A stretch of DNA of 64,000 nucleotides, taken from Sandaracinaceae bacterium. GTDB lineage: Bacteria > Myxococcota_A > Polyangia > Polyangiales > Sandaracinaceae. The notes beneath the pieces were generated by a model that was not told the DNA's origin, searched no databases, and worked only from the letters and a program-made list of their open reading frames with translations. A program made the position numbers and the translations under genes. The stretch spans positions 1-64,000 of the forward strand of contig JBGAQA010000022.1 in assembly GCA_044220955.1 (NCBI GenBank). Reading direction: 5' to 3'. This document shows positions 19,901-30,843 of this stretch, piece after piece (positions within the stretch are counted from its first letter, which is position 1; each line of letters opens with the position of its first letter).

Positions 19901-21224
19901 CCACGCGTCCGGGCCCTCGCCGGCGCCGCCGTCGGTGCTCGCGCGCCTCGAGCCGCCGCCGGCGACGCCGATGCGGGCGGAGCGAGGCTCGGAGGTGGTG
20001 GTCTTCCCGCTCGGGGAGGGCTTCGCGGAGATGCTCGCGTCCGTCTACCGATCGTTCGGCTACGCCGCGACGGGCGCGCCGACGGCGAGCGCCGCCACGC
20101 TCGAGCTCGGCAAGCGCGACTGCTCGGGCAAGGAGTGCATCGCGTACCAGCAGATCTGGGGCTCCTTCCGCACCGAGCTCGAGGCTCGGCCGAGCGCTCG
20201 ACGGCGCCTGCTCCTGCAGGTCGGCGGCGACGGCTCGTGCCGCAACTGCGCGTTCCCCCTCAAAGACGAGCTCTCGCTGGCGCGGCACGGGCTCGAGGCC
20301 CGGGTGGCGGTCCGCGTCGCGCAGCCCGACCCGAGCGTGCACCCGACCTTCGGCGTGCGCTTCTGGAGCGGCGCGGTGACGTGGGGGATCCTGCACCAGC
20401 TCGCGGCGTACCACCGCGTCGATGCCCCGGACGGCACTCGCGTCGACGAGCTCGACGCGCACTTCCAGGCGCGCCTCGCCGAGCGGCTCGAGCGCGAGGT
20501 GGGTGGCGGTCCCGCGGCCTGGGCGCGCCCGCTGCGCGAGCTGCGCGATCTCGAGAGCCTCCTCGACGACGCGGTGCGGGCCTACGCGGCCGTCGCTCGG
20601 GGCGCGTCGGGCGCCCGCGGGGCACCGACCGTGCTCCTCTCGGGGAACGTGTACGTGCGCCTCGATCGCGCCTCGAACGACGACCTCGTCGGGCGCCTCG
20701 CGCGACACGGCGTGCGCGTCCTCGTCGAGCCGCTGAGCATGCTCGCGGAGTACTTCGCGCTCGAGGGATCGAGCGATCTCGTCGGGCTGCCCACCGATCC
20801 GGTGGGGCGCACGACGTACCGCGTGGGGATGGCCGTCGTGCGCCGGCGCCTCTATGGGCGAGCGCGCGCGAGCGCGCCCTGGTTGCCGATGCCGTCGCCC
20901 TCCGCCGTGATCGAGCGCTCGCGGGCCCTGCTCGGCGGCGCGCCGCGGGGCGAGGCCCAGATCACCGTCGCCAGCGTGCTCGGCGCGGCGGCCGAGGGCG
21001 GCCTCGACGGCGTCGTGCTCGCCTCGCCCTGGGGCTGCGGGCCCGCCCTGGTGAGCGAGAGCGTGCTGCGGCGTCACCTCTCGCTCCCCCTCTTCGTCCT
21101 CTACAGCGACGGCTCGCCGCTCGACGAGCGCCGCCTGGCGAGCTTCGCGTTCCGCGTACGTGCCCGCCGCGGAGACGCCGCGCCGCGCGGGCCCAGCCAC
21201 GTCGACGCGTCTGCCGCGTCGTGA
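16938..21224 (+). CDS. Fused CoA-substrate activase (2x BadF/BadG/BcrA/BcrD ASKHA domains) plus DUF2229/2-hydroxyacyl-CoA dehydratase-like domains; PlsA-PlsR/Ger-like architecture
   Basis: KCSSGTG/RCSVFAKSE; GLDLGSTGSK, EIGGQDAK, ACSAGTGSFL, MCTVF; Cys linker CKDAGCATLC...GGACPKF; CAPVKVAHG, TCP, SSFGCGP, ESDGHGGAAGFVTRIQAF; GKECIAY, GSCRNC, PWGCGP. Confidence 0.85.
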   Translation: MSGTVRVAGCDLGKARAKLAVLDVAPDGAWTLLRSEGAPHEGRPLDALRAWYEAGALEGCAALGATGLFGDLLRAPIVAGLPEQECLRAALAARAELPASVNVVSIGARGYAALSRDARGQVRFAESDKCSSGTGENVVRLAGRFGLDVAAADRAALAAPQAVAITARCSVFAKSEMTHFANQGTPAAELLAGYFGSIARHVAALLERIRVPGPVLALGGALELESIRAALGAELGQSVEVPSGARDFEAVGAALVALGAVRAGACAPLPLGFDDWLAPPAPRIPRLGAARAAARRVQRLEAAPIPEGAAGSPSVLGLDLGSTGSKAVLTSIATGDVVLDVYDRTRGNPLDATRRLLESILGRATPDVRAIGVTGSGREAVATVLRAAFPELAERIVVENEIVAHATAAIRCDESGGESLSIVEIGGQDAKFVQIAHGKIVESDLNRACSAGTGSFLEEQAVFHGITDIEELSRRASRAEAPPDLGQMCTVFVADTAAEALRQGFPLDDVLAGYQHSVIRNYLNRVVGQRVLARRVFFQGKPAVSEPLAWTLAAVTGREVTVPPRPGEMGAWGIGLVALEALGAARLLEGAPADLARLRRAEIVGRTTFQCKDAGCATLCRVDRTTVAVEGARHTVISGGACPKFEVATGSKRKLPRDAPDAFGEREALFASSASAQSGTGRAVVKIPVAGATGSLVPFLTTFVRALGLDAVLVRSDARTLARGEDRCGSYDACAPVKVAHGLALEPSDLVLFPKVVDLHDRDGCAGRTCPMEQAMPDLAALGAARDGASPRIVRPLLALADGLASPAARRALASAASALGADPERVPAALREAARAQSAAERALDEIGRRTLAYGAAHQIPVVVVCGALHTIHEPAVNARIPALLRESGVLALPMDAYPLEGAARGMERIAWAEARRAFAVVASARARGDAYPLWLSSFGCGPGSFNEHVFTALAEGYPHCVLESDGHGGAAGFVTRIQAFLYTVRRHASGPSPAPPSVLARLEPPPATPMRAERGSEVVVFPLGEGFAEMLASVYRSFGYAATGAPTASAATLELGKRDCSGKECIAYQQIWGSFRTELEARPSARRRLLLQVGGDGSCRNCAFPLKDELSLARHGLEARVAVRVAQPDPSVHPTFGVRFWSGAVTWGILHQLAAYHRVDAPDGTRVDELDAHFQARLAERLEREVGGGPAAWARPLRELRDLESLLDDAVRAYAAVARGASGARGAPTVLLSGNVYVRLDRASNDDLVGRLARHGVRVLVEPLSMLAEYFALEGSSDLVGLPTDPVGRTTYRVGMAVVRRRLYGRARASAPWLPMPSPSAVIERSRALLGGAPRGEAQITVASVLGAAAEGGLDGVVLASPWGCGPALVSESVLRRHLSLPLFVLYSDGSPLDERRLASFAFRVRARRGDAAPRGPSHVDASAAS

Positions 21225-21349
21225 CCGAGGCCGCGCCGCGGCGCAGAGCAGGGCGCCGCGGCCGTCGCGATGTGATAGGTACGTGCCCGATGCCTCGGGC
21301 GCTCGTGCTGATCCACCGGTGGCGTCCGCTTCGGAGACGCGACACGGTC

Positions 21350-22656
21350 GTGTCGGCCCGGCTCGGCGGGGCGCTCGGGTGGATCCTGCTCTTGTCCGCG
21401 TGCGGGACGGGCCCGGAGCCGCGCGGCCCCTGCATGAGCGACGTCGAGTGCCGCGGCGATCGCATCTGCCACGAGGGGCGCTGCCGCTTCGAGGCGGAGG
21501 TGCGCGAGGAGCTCGGTCGGGCGCGCGCGTCGCTCGAGACGTCGGGCGGCGCGATCGAGTCGGACGCCGCCGTGTCGCCGGACGCCGGCGCGAGCGCGAG
21601 CGCCGACGCCGCTCTGTCCGCGCCAGCGCTCGTCGAGTCGCCGGCCTTCATGGGGGGGCCGCGCCACACCGGCCGAACGACGGCGCGCGGCCCGGCCACC
21701 GAGCCGTCGCAGCGCTGGGTCTACCGGACGGGCGCGCGCGTCTACGCCTCGCCGATCGTGGGGACGGACGGCACGATCTACGTCGGCTCGACCGATCGCA
21801 CCTTCGTGGCCCTCGCGCCGGACGGGACGCTCCGGTTTCGCTACGCCGGTGGCGACCGCTTCTACGCGACGGCCGCGATCGACGCCGGCGGCAACCTCGT
21901 GGTCGGCAACCACGACGGCTCGGTCGTCTCCCTCACGAGCGCGGGCCAGGTCCGCTGGCGCCGCGAGCTCGGCGCGCCCGTCGACGCGAGCGTGGCGGTC
22001 GGCGACGACGGGACCCTCTTCGTCGCCGCCGACGGCCTGCACGCGATCGATCCGCAGAGCGGTCAGGACCGCTGGCGCGTGGCGTCCCCCAGCCCCGTGC
22101 GCACGAGCCCGGCGCTACACCCTTCCGGCCTCGTGATCTTCGCGACGCCCGAGGGGCGCGTCACCGCGGTGCGCACGGCGAGCGGCGAGGTGGCCTGGGA
22201 GCACGCGCTCGGAGGCAGCACCGACTCGAGCCCGACCATCACGGACGATGGCCACGTCGTGATCGGCGACGATCTCAGCCACGTGACCGCGCTCGACGCG
22301 AGCGGCGCGCAGCTCTGGCAGGTGACCGTGGAGGGCGACGTGCGCGCGACGCCGGCGATCGCGCTCGACGGGACGATCGTCGTCGGCAGCGACGACCGCC
22401 GCATCTACGGGATCTCGCCCGCGGGCGAGATCCGCTACCGCGTGCCGACCAGCGGCCGCGTGCGCAGCTCCGCGCGCATCGACGCCGAGGGCCGCGCCTA
22501 CGTGGGCTCGCAGGACGACTACCTCTACGTCATCGCACCGGACGGCACGCTGCTGTATCGGCACGGCCTCGGCCGCGACGTCGACTCCACGTGTGCCATC
22601 ACCGCGGACGGAACGATCGTGGTCGGCGTCGACGACGGCGGTGTGTACGCATTGCG

Positions 22657-22660
<4 letters not shown>
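21350..22660 (+). CDS. PQQ-like beta-propeller repeat lipoprotein (BamB-like repeats)
   Basis: Lipobox LLLSAC, a short Cys motif, repeated SP-x-I...DGTIYVGS-x-D motifs. Start uncertain (ATG 21290 or GTG 21350). Confidence 0.8.
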
Positions 22661-24947
<2,287 letters not shown>

Positions 24948-24948
<1 letters not shown>

Positions 24949-26315
24949 TGTCGAAGGGCCGTCCAGTTCCCAAGTCCACGCCCGCGCCGGCCAAGACCGG
25001 ACGCCGCTACTCGACGCCGGAGCTGATCGCGAAGAAGCGCGACGGCGCGGAGCTCGCCGAGGGCGAGATCCGCCAGCTCGTCGAGGGCTTCACGCGCGGG
25101 GAGGTCGCCGACTACCAGATGACCGCGTTCGCGATGGCGGCGCTCATCCGCGGCATGTCGCCGGCGGAGACGGTGTCGATGACGCTCGCGATGCGCGACA
25201 GCGGCAGCGTCGTGGACACGAGCGGTATCCGGCAGGCCAAGGTCGACAAGCACTCGACCGGGGGCGTCGGGGACAAGGTCTCGATCTGCCTCGCGCCGCT
25301 CGTGGCGGCGTGCGGCGTCGCGGTCCCGATGGTGAGCGGCCGCGGGCTCGGCCACACGGGCGGGACGCTCGACAAGCTCGAGGCGATCCCCGGCTTCAGC
25401 GTGTCGATGGAGACGCCCCAGTTCGTGCAGCAGGTCAAGGATCTCGGCTGCGCGCTCATCGGCCAGACGGCCGACATCGCGCCGGCGGACAAGCGCCTCT
25501 ACGCCCTGCGGGACGTGACGGCGACCGTCGAGTCCATCCCGCTGATCACCGCGAGCATCCTCAGCAAGAAGCTCGCGGAGGGCATCGACGCGCTGGTCCT
25601 CGACGTGAAGGTCGGCCGCGGCGCGTTCATGAAGACCCTGCGCGACGCGCGCCTGCTCGCGAGCTCGCTCGTGCGGGTGGGGCGCCTGGCCAAGAAGCAG
25701 GTCACGGCGTTCATCACTCCCATGGAGGCGCCGCTCGGCCGCGCGATCGGCAACGCGCTCGAGACCGCCGAGGCCTTCGAGATCCTGCACGGCCGCGGTC
25801 CGGACGATCTGCGAGAGCTGACGCTGATCCTCGGCGCCGAGATGCTCAGGCTCGGCGGCGTCGCGAGGAACGAGGGCGACGGCCGCAAGCAGCTCGAGGC
25901 GGCGATCGCGAACGGCCGCGGCGCGGGCCGGATGCGACAGATCGTGCGCGCGCAGGGCGGCGACGCGCGGACGATCGACGAGCCGGATCGCCTCCCGCAG
26001 GCGCGTCATCAGGTGCCCATCGTCGCGACCCGGAGCGGGTTCGTCACGGCCGCGGACGCGCTCGACCTCGGGCTCGCGGCGGTCGCCATGGGCGCGGGTC
26101 GCACGCGCGCCGATCAGAGCGTCGACGCGCGCGTGGGCATCGTGCTGAACGCCAAGCCCGGCGAGCCGATCAAGCGCGGGGAGCCGCTCGCGACGCTCCA
26201 CGTGAACGACGCCACCGTCGACGAGTCGCTGAAGAGGCGCGTCGCGGGCGCCTTCGAGGTCGGTGCGCGCCCGCCGAGGCCCTCGCCGCTCGTCCTCGAC
26301 GTCATCCGGAAGTAG
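24948..26315 (+). CDS. Thymidine / pyrimidine-nucleoside phosphorylase
   Basis: KKRDG, DKHSTGGVGDK, SGRGLGHTGGTLDKLEAIPG, LYALRDVTATVESIPLITASILSKK. TGATG overlap with rnr. Confidence 0.93.
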
Positions 26316-26410
26316 CCGGGCTCTCGCGCTCGCTCTCCGGCGCTGACCCCTTGTGGGCCCGGCGCGTTGTCCCTACGCTCCCGGCCTCGTTTCCCGAAGG
26401 AGAGATGCTC

Positions 26411-26989
26411 ATGACGTTCACGCTCCCCGAGCTCCCGTACGCCAAGGACGCCCTCGCGCCGCACATCTCGGCCGAGACCCTCGAGTTCCACTACGGCAAG
26501 CACCACCAGACGTACGTGAACAACCTCAACACCTTCGCGAAGGACGACGCGTCGCTGAGCGGCAAGTCCTACGAGGACCTCGTCCGCGCCGCGAGCGGCA
26601 AGGTCTTCAACAACGCCGCGCAGGTCTGGAACCACACGTTCTACTGGCAGTCGCTCCGTCCGGGCGGCGGCGGCGAGCCGACGGGCGCGGTGAAGGCGGC
26701 GATCGAGAAGAGCTTCGGATCGTTCGGCGCCTTCAAGGAGAAGTTCAGCGCGACGGCCGTGGGCCACTTCGGCTCGGGCTGGGCGTGGCTGGTGAAGACC
26801 GAGAGCGGCCTCGAGATCGTGGACACGCACGACGCAGGCTGCCCGCTCACCCAGAACAAGAAGCCGCTCCTGACCTGCGACGTCTGGGAGCACGCGTACT
26901 ACATCGACTATCGCAACGCGCGCGCGAAGTACGTCGAGTCGTGGTGGAACCTGGTGAACTGGGACCACGCGAACAGGCAGATCGGCTGA
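26411..26989 (+). CDS. sodB: Superoxide dismutase [Fe]
   Basis: LPELPYAKDALAPH, HYGKHH, NNAAQVWNHTFYW (Fe-type AAQ), DVWEHAYY. Start 26405 or 26411, with GAAGGAG upstream. Confidence 0.93.
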   Translation: MTFTLPELPYAKDALAPHISAETLEFHYGKHHQTYVNNLNTFAKDDASLSGKSYEDLVRAASGKVFNNAAQVWNHTFYWQSLRPGGGGEPTGAVKAAIEKSFGSFGAFKEKFSATAVGHFGSGWAWLVKTESGLEIVDTHDAGCPLTQNKKPLLTCDVWEHAYYIDYRNARAKYVESWWNLVNWDHANRQIG

Positions 26990-27227
26990 GCGAGGCCGCT
27001 CGCTCGCCGAGATCCTGCGCACGCAGGGCGACCACGCGACGCACCTGCTGCGTCTCGCGCTCGCGGGTTTGGTCGTCGGAGGGCTCTCGGTTCGGTCGAT
27101 CGGGAACAATCGACCGGTCCGGGGAGTCGGATCACCAAGCCGGGACCCCGGCTCGCGCGTCTCACGCGGGGAGGCAGCTCGCCGATGCTGCCTCGGGCCC
27201 CGACATCCCGTAGGATCTCCGTACTTC

Positions 27228-29153
27228 ATGGCTGGCTTGCCCACCCTCACGCCTGGGACGCTGTTCGCGCGCGACTTCCAGGTGATCGGCCTGCTCGCGG
27301 AGGGCGGGATGGGGGCCGTCTACGTCGTCGAGCAGGTCTCGACGGGCAAGCGCCGCGCGCTGAAGATCATGCTGCCGCAGCTCGTCGAGGACCGGCGCGC
27401 CCGCGAGCGCTTCGCGATGGAGGCGCGCATCGGCGCGCAGATCGAGAGCGAGCACATCGTCGAGGTGGTCGGCGCCGGCGTCGACGAGGCGACGCAGACC
27501 CCGTGGCTCGCCATGGAGATGCTCGAGGGGCAGGATCTGTCCCACCTGATGCGCATCCGCGGGCGCCTGCCGCCCGAGGAGGCGATCGAGATGCTCCAGC
27601 AGGTCGGCGAGGGCCTCGGCCCGGCGCACGCCAAGGGCATCGTCCACCGGGACCTCAAGCCGGAGAACCTCTTCATCGCCGTCAGCCGCCGGCGCGGCGT
27701 CCCCTTCACCCTCAAGATCCTCGACTTCGGCATCGCGAAGCTGACGCAGGAGAGCCGCGCGACCGCGAGCGCGACGGCCGCGATCGGCTCGCCGATGTGG
27801 ATGGCGCCCGAGCAGACGGAGCAGACGGCGCAGCTTCGCCCGTCGACCGACGTCTGGGCGATCGGCCTCATCGCGTTCTACATGCTGACCGGTCGTTACT
27901 ACTGGCGCGTCGCCAACGAGCCCGAGGTCCGCCTCACCGCGCTCTTCACCGAGGTGCTCGTCACGCCGCTCGATCCGCCGAGCGTGCGCGCGGCACAAGC
28001 CGGGCTCGCGCACCTGGTCCCGCCGGGCTTCGACGTCTGGTTCTCGCGCTGTGTCGCGCGCGCGCCCGACCAGCGCTTCCCCGACGCGTCGAGCGCCATC
28101 GCGGCGATCGGCCCCGGCTTCACGTACCGCGATCCGACGGGGCCCGTGGTCCCCGTCACGATCGCGAGCGAGTCCAGGCGCGGGATCGTCGCGCCGACGA
28201 TGCCCATGCAGGCTGTATCCCGCTCCGCGCCGTACACGCCCCAGCCGGCGCACGCGCCCGTGCAGGCCGCCGCGAGCGCGCCCGTGAGCCCGTACACCGC
28301 GAGCGCCCCGAGCCCGTACGTGACGAGCACGCCTTACAGCGTGCAGGGCCCCTCGACCGCGACGGGCGGGGTCGCGCGTCCGAGCGGCGGCGGCACGGGG
28401 CGCACCATCGCGCTGGTCGCCGGGCTCTTCCTGCTCGGCGCGGGCGGAGCCGCCGCGACCCTCGGTGGCCTGATGCTCTACGAGCGCTTCGGCGATCGCG
28501 GTGGCGACGGGACGGTGGCGGGCGGCGGCGGCGGGACCACGACGCCCGAGCTCACGCCCGCCCCGGCCGACGCGGGGGTCGCGCCGCCCGAGCCGGACGC
28601 CTACGTCCCTCGGGGGCAGGATCCGACCGACGTCCTCGCGGGCGTCAGCGGCGCGACCGACGAGACCGACGCGACGGGTGACTCGACGCCCGATCCCACA
28701 TCCGATCCATCGTCCCGTGCGCACCGGCCACGCGCCGGGACGCGCGCCTCGACCGAGACCACCGCGAGCAGCGACGAGGGAGGCGACGACGGCAGCGGAG
28801 GCGGCTACGCGTGGTCCGAGGGCGCGCTGGCCTTCAACGGGACGTACTCGCACTCCGGCTACCGCTACCAGATGACGTTCAACCTGGTTCGTACCGGCTC
28901 GAGCGTGAGCGGATCCATCTTCGTCGTGTGCGAGGGCGCGCCCGCCGATCAGAGCTCGCTCGTCGGCCGCTCCGCCATGGAGTGGGTCAGCGGCACGTAC
29001 GCCTCGAGCGGCGCGCTGAGCTTGACGGGCTCGCGCAGCACCGACGAGTCGGTCTGGACGGCGGGGACCTACCGCCTGACGCTCTCGGCGAGCGGGCAGG
29101 TGAGCGGCCGCAGCACCTCCGACGCCGGAAGCCGAATCACCGGCCACACTTGA
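27228..29153 (+). CDS. Membrane Ser/Thr protein kinase with extracytoplasmic C-terminal domain
   Basis: GGMGAVY, ALK, VHRDLKPEN, DFG, WMAPEQ, DVWAIG, then a TM segment and a beta-rich C-terminal domain. Confidence 0.92.
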   Translation: MAGLPTLTPGTLFARDFQVIGLLAEGGMGAVYVVEQVSTGKRRALKIMLPQLVEDRRARERFAMEARIGAQIESEHIVEVVGAGVDEATQTPWLAMEMLEGQDLSHLMRIRGRLPPEEAIEMLQQVGEGLGPAHAKGIVHRDLKPENLFIAVSRRRGVPFTLKILDFGIAKLTQESRATASATAAIGSPMWMAPEQTEQTAQLRPSTDVWAIGLIAFYMLTGRYYWRVANEPEVRLTALFTEVLVTPLDPPSVRAAQAGLAHLVPPGFDVWFSRCVARAPDQRFPDASSAIAAIGPGFTYRDPTGPVVPVTIASESRRGIVAPTMPMQAVSRSAPYTPQPAHAPVQAAASAPVSPYTASAPSPYVTSTPYSVQGPSTATGGVARPSGGGTGRTIALVAGLFLLGAGGAAATLGGLMLYERFGDRGGDGTVAGGGGGTTTPELTPAPADAGVAPPEPDAYVPRGQDPTDVLAGVSGATDETDATGDSTPDPTSDPSSRAHRPRAGTRASTETTASSDEGGDDGSGGGYAWSEGALAFNGTYSHSGYRYQMTFNLVRTGSSVSGSIFVVCEGAPADQSSLVGRSAMEWVSGTYASSGALSLTGSRSTDESVWTAGTYRLTLSASGQVSGRSTSDAGSRITGHT

Positions 29154-29156
29154 TTT

Positions 29157-29230
29157 CTCGGGGCCGATGCCGGCCCCGCCCCGCCCGCCGGAGCCGGATC
29201 GGGGCCCCACCCCTCGCTCCACTTCCTCGC
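29157..29230 (+). repeat. REP-like intergenic element (copy A)
   Basis: 29157-29183 is the exact reverse complement of 34038-34064 (27 nt). Contains the hairpin GGGGCCG-ATGC-CGGCCCC and is followed by GGGGCCCCACCCC. Confidence 0.75.
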
Positions 29231-29331
29231 TGCGCGCGCCACGTCCACTACGTCGCTGCGCTCCTCCGTTCCCTCCGCTTCCTCCGCTCGGCGCGAGGGA
29301 GACGGCGAACCAAGACCGGGGCCGCGGGGGC

Positions 29332-30789
29332 TCAGGGACAGGTGGCGGCGGGGGTCGCGGGGGCGACCACGCCGGTGACCGTCGCGAAGTGCGGCGTGGA
29401 GAAGTCGAACATGTCGAGCATCGCGTCCGCGTTGGCGTCGCGGCCCGTGATCGCCGGCAGATCGAAGATGGTCTCGATGAAGCGCAGGATGCTCGTGTGC
29501 GCGTGGGTCAGCCGCGAGTTGTAGCCGGGGCGCGAGTAGGGCGACACCACCGCGACCGGGACGCGCATGCCGAGGCGGTCGAACGCCGCCTGCGAGGGTG
29601 CGGCGAGGCAGGCCGTCGGGGGCGGGACGTGGTCGAAGTAGCCGCCGTTCTCGTCGTACGTGAAGAACACGGCCGTGTTCGCCCAGATCGGGCTGGCGAA
29701 GATCTGCTGCAAGAGCGCGTGCACCGCGACCTCGCCCGCGCGCATGTCCCCGTTGTCGGGGTGCTCGTCCGAGGGCTCCATGTCCACGAACACCACGGGC
29801 GGGACGGCCGTGCCCGCGGCGAGCAGCGGCGCCAGATCCGAGAACGGGTGCACGCCGGCGCGCGCACAGAAGCCGGTCGGCGGGTTCGGCGGGTCCCACG
29901 TGCCGTGCAGCGCGCCCTCGAGGCACTCGCGGTTCGGGTTCGTCATCACGTAGTCGCCCCACGCGAGCGGCGGGGTCGCGTGCTCGAGGCGATCGAAGAT
30001 CGTCACCGTCGGAACGCGGCTGACGTCGCCGGTGTTCTGGATGCCGTTGCTCGTGCCGGCGTACAGGTAGTCGCGGTTGGCCCACGTGCCGCTGAGCACG
30101 TCGCAGAAGTAGCGGTCGCTCGTGGCGAACGTGGACAGGAGCCACGTGTAGAACGGGTGGTCGGCCTCCGAGTAGTAGGCCATCGCGTCCATGCCGCCGC
30201 TCGTCACGAAGCCGTCCATCGCGCCCATGTGCCAGCCGGCGTGGATCGCGGCCCACTGGTGCGGCGGGTCCGTCAGGCAGAAGTTCGGCGCGTGGAAGGG
30301 TGCGACCGTGCCGCCCGCGCCGTCGGGGTTGGTGAACGTGGCCGGGAAGCCCTCCCAGCCATTCGTGTTCACCCCGAACATGTGATCGAAGGAGCGGTTC
30401 TCCTGCATGATCACGATGACGTGCTGGATGGCGCCGCGGGCCGCGGCGAGCTCGGCGGGCGTGCCGACCGTGTCGTCGGGATCGGCGAGCGCGCCGAACG
30501 CACAGGCCTGGCGGCGGCCGAAGTTCGGGTCGGTCGCGAGGCCGCCGTCGGCGAAGTCGAACGCGTCGACGTTGGCGTCGACCGGGGGCGCGAAGGCGTC
30601 CGTGCCGGCGTCGCCCGGGGCAGGGCCGGCGTCGTTGCCGGCGTCGCTGCCGCTCGCTGCGTCGATGCCCGCGTCGCCGCCGCACGCGGCGCACGCGTCG
30701 GGCGTGCCGGCGGGTGGGTTGCTGCAGCCGAGGAGCGCGGCGAGGACGGCGAGGGCGGCGGAGCCTGAGGGGCGGGTGAGCGACTTCAT
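29332..30789 (-). CDS. Phospholipase C / phosphoesterase family lipoprotein
   Basis: Lipobox LLGC, MQENRSFDH, SGTWANR, DEHP, TYDENGGYFDHV, GMRVP, HTSILRFIE. Confidence 0.9.
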   Translation of the reverse strand: MKSLTRPSGSAALAVLAALLGCSNPPAGTPDACAACGGDAGIDAASGSDAGNDAGPAPGDAGTDAFAPPVDANVDAFDFADGGLATDPNFGRRQACAFGALADPDDTVGTPAELAAARGAIQHVIVIMQENRSFDHMFGVNTNGWEGFPATFTNPDGAGGTVAPFHAPNFCLTDPPHQWAAIHAGWHMGAMDGFVTSGGMDAMAYYSEADHPFYTWLLSTFATSDRYFCDVLSGTWANRDYLYAGTSNGIQNTGDVSRVPTVTIFDRLEHATPPLAWGDYVMTNPNRECLEGALHGTWDPPNPPTGFCARAGVHPFSDLAPLLAAGTAVPPVVFVDMEPSDEHPDNGDMRAGEVAVHALLQQIFASPIWANTAVFFTYDENGGYFDHVPPPTACLAAPSQAAFDRLGMRVPVAVVSPYSRPGYNSRLTHAHTSILRFIETIFDLPAITGRDANADAMLDMFDFSTPHFATVTGVVAPATPAATCP

Positions 30790-30843
30790 GGACCTAACGT
30801 TCCGTGAGGCGCGGCGCGCCGTCAAGCGCGGTACGATGCCCGG

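Noticed and set aside
26990..27227. Possible gene remnant or sRNA between sodB and the kinase (short hairpin GGTCGAT/ATCGACC)
   Set aside because: No recognisable family and no U-tract terminator; hairpins of this size are common at this GC content.
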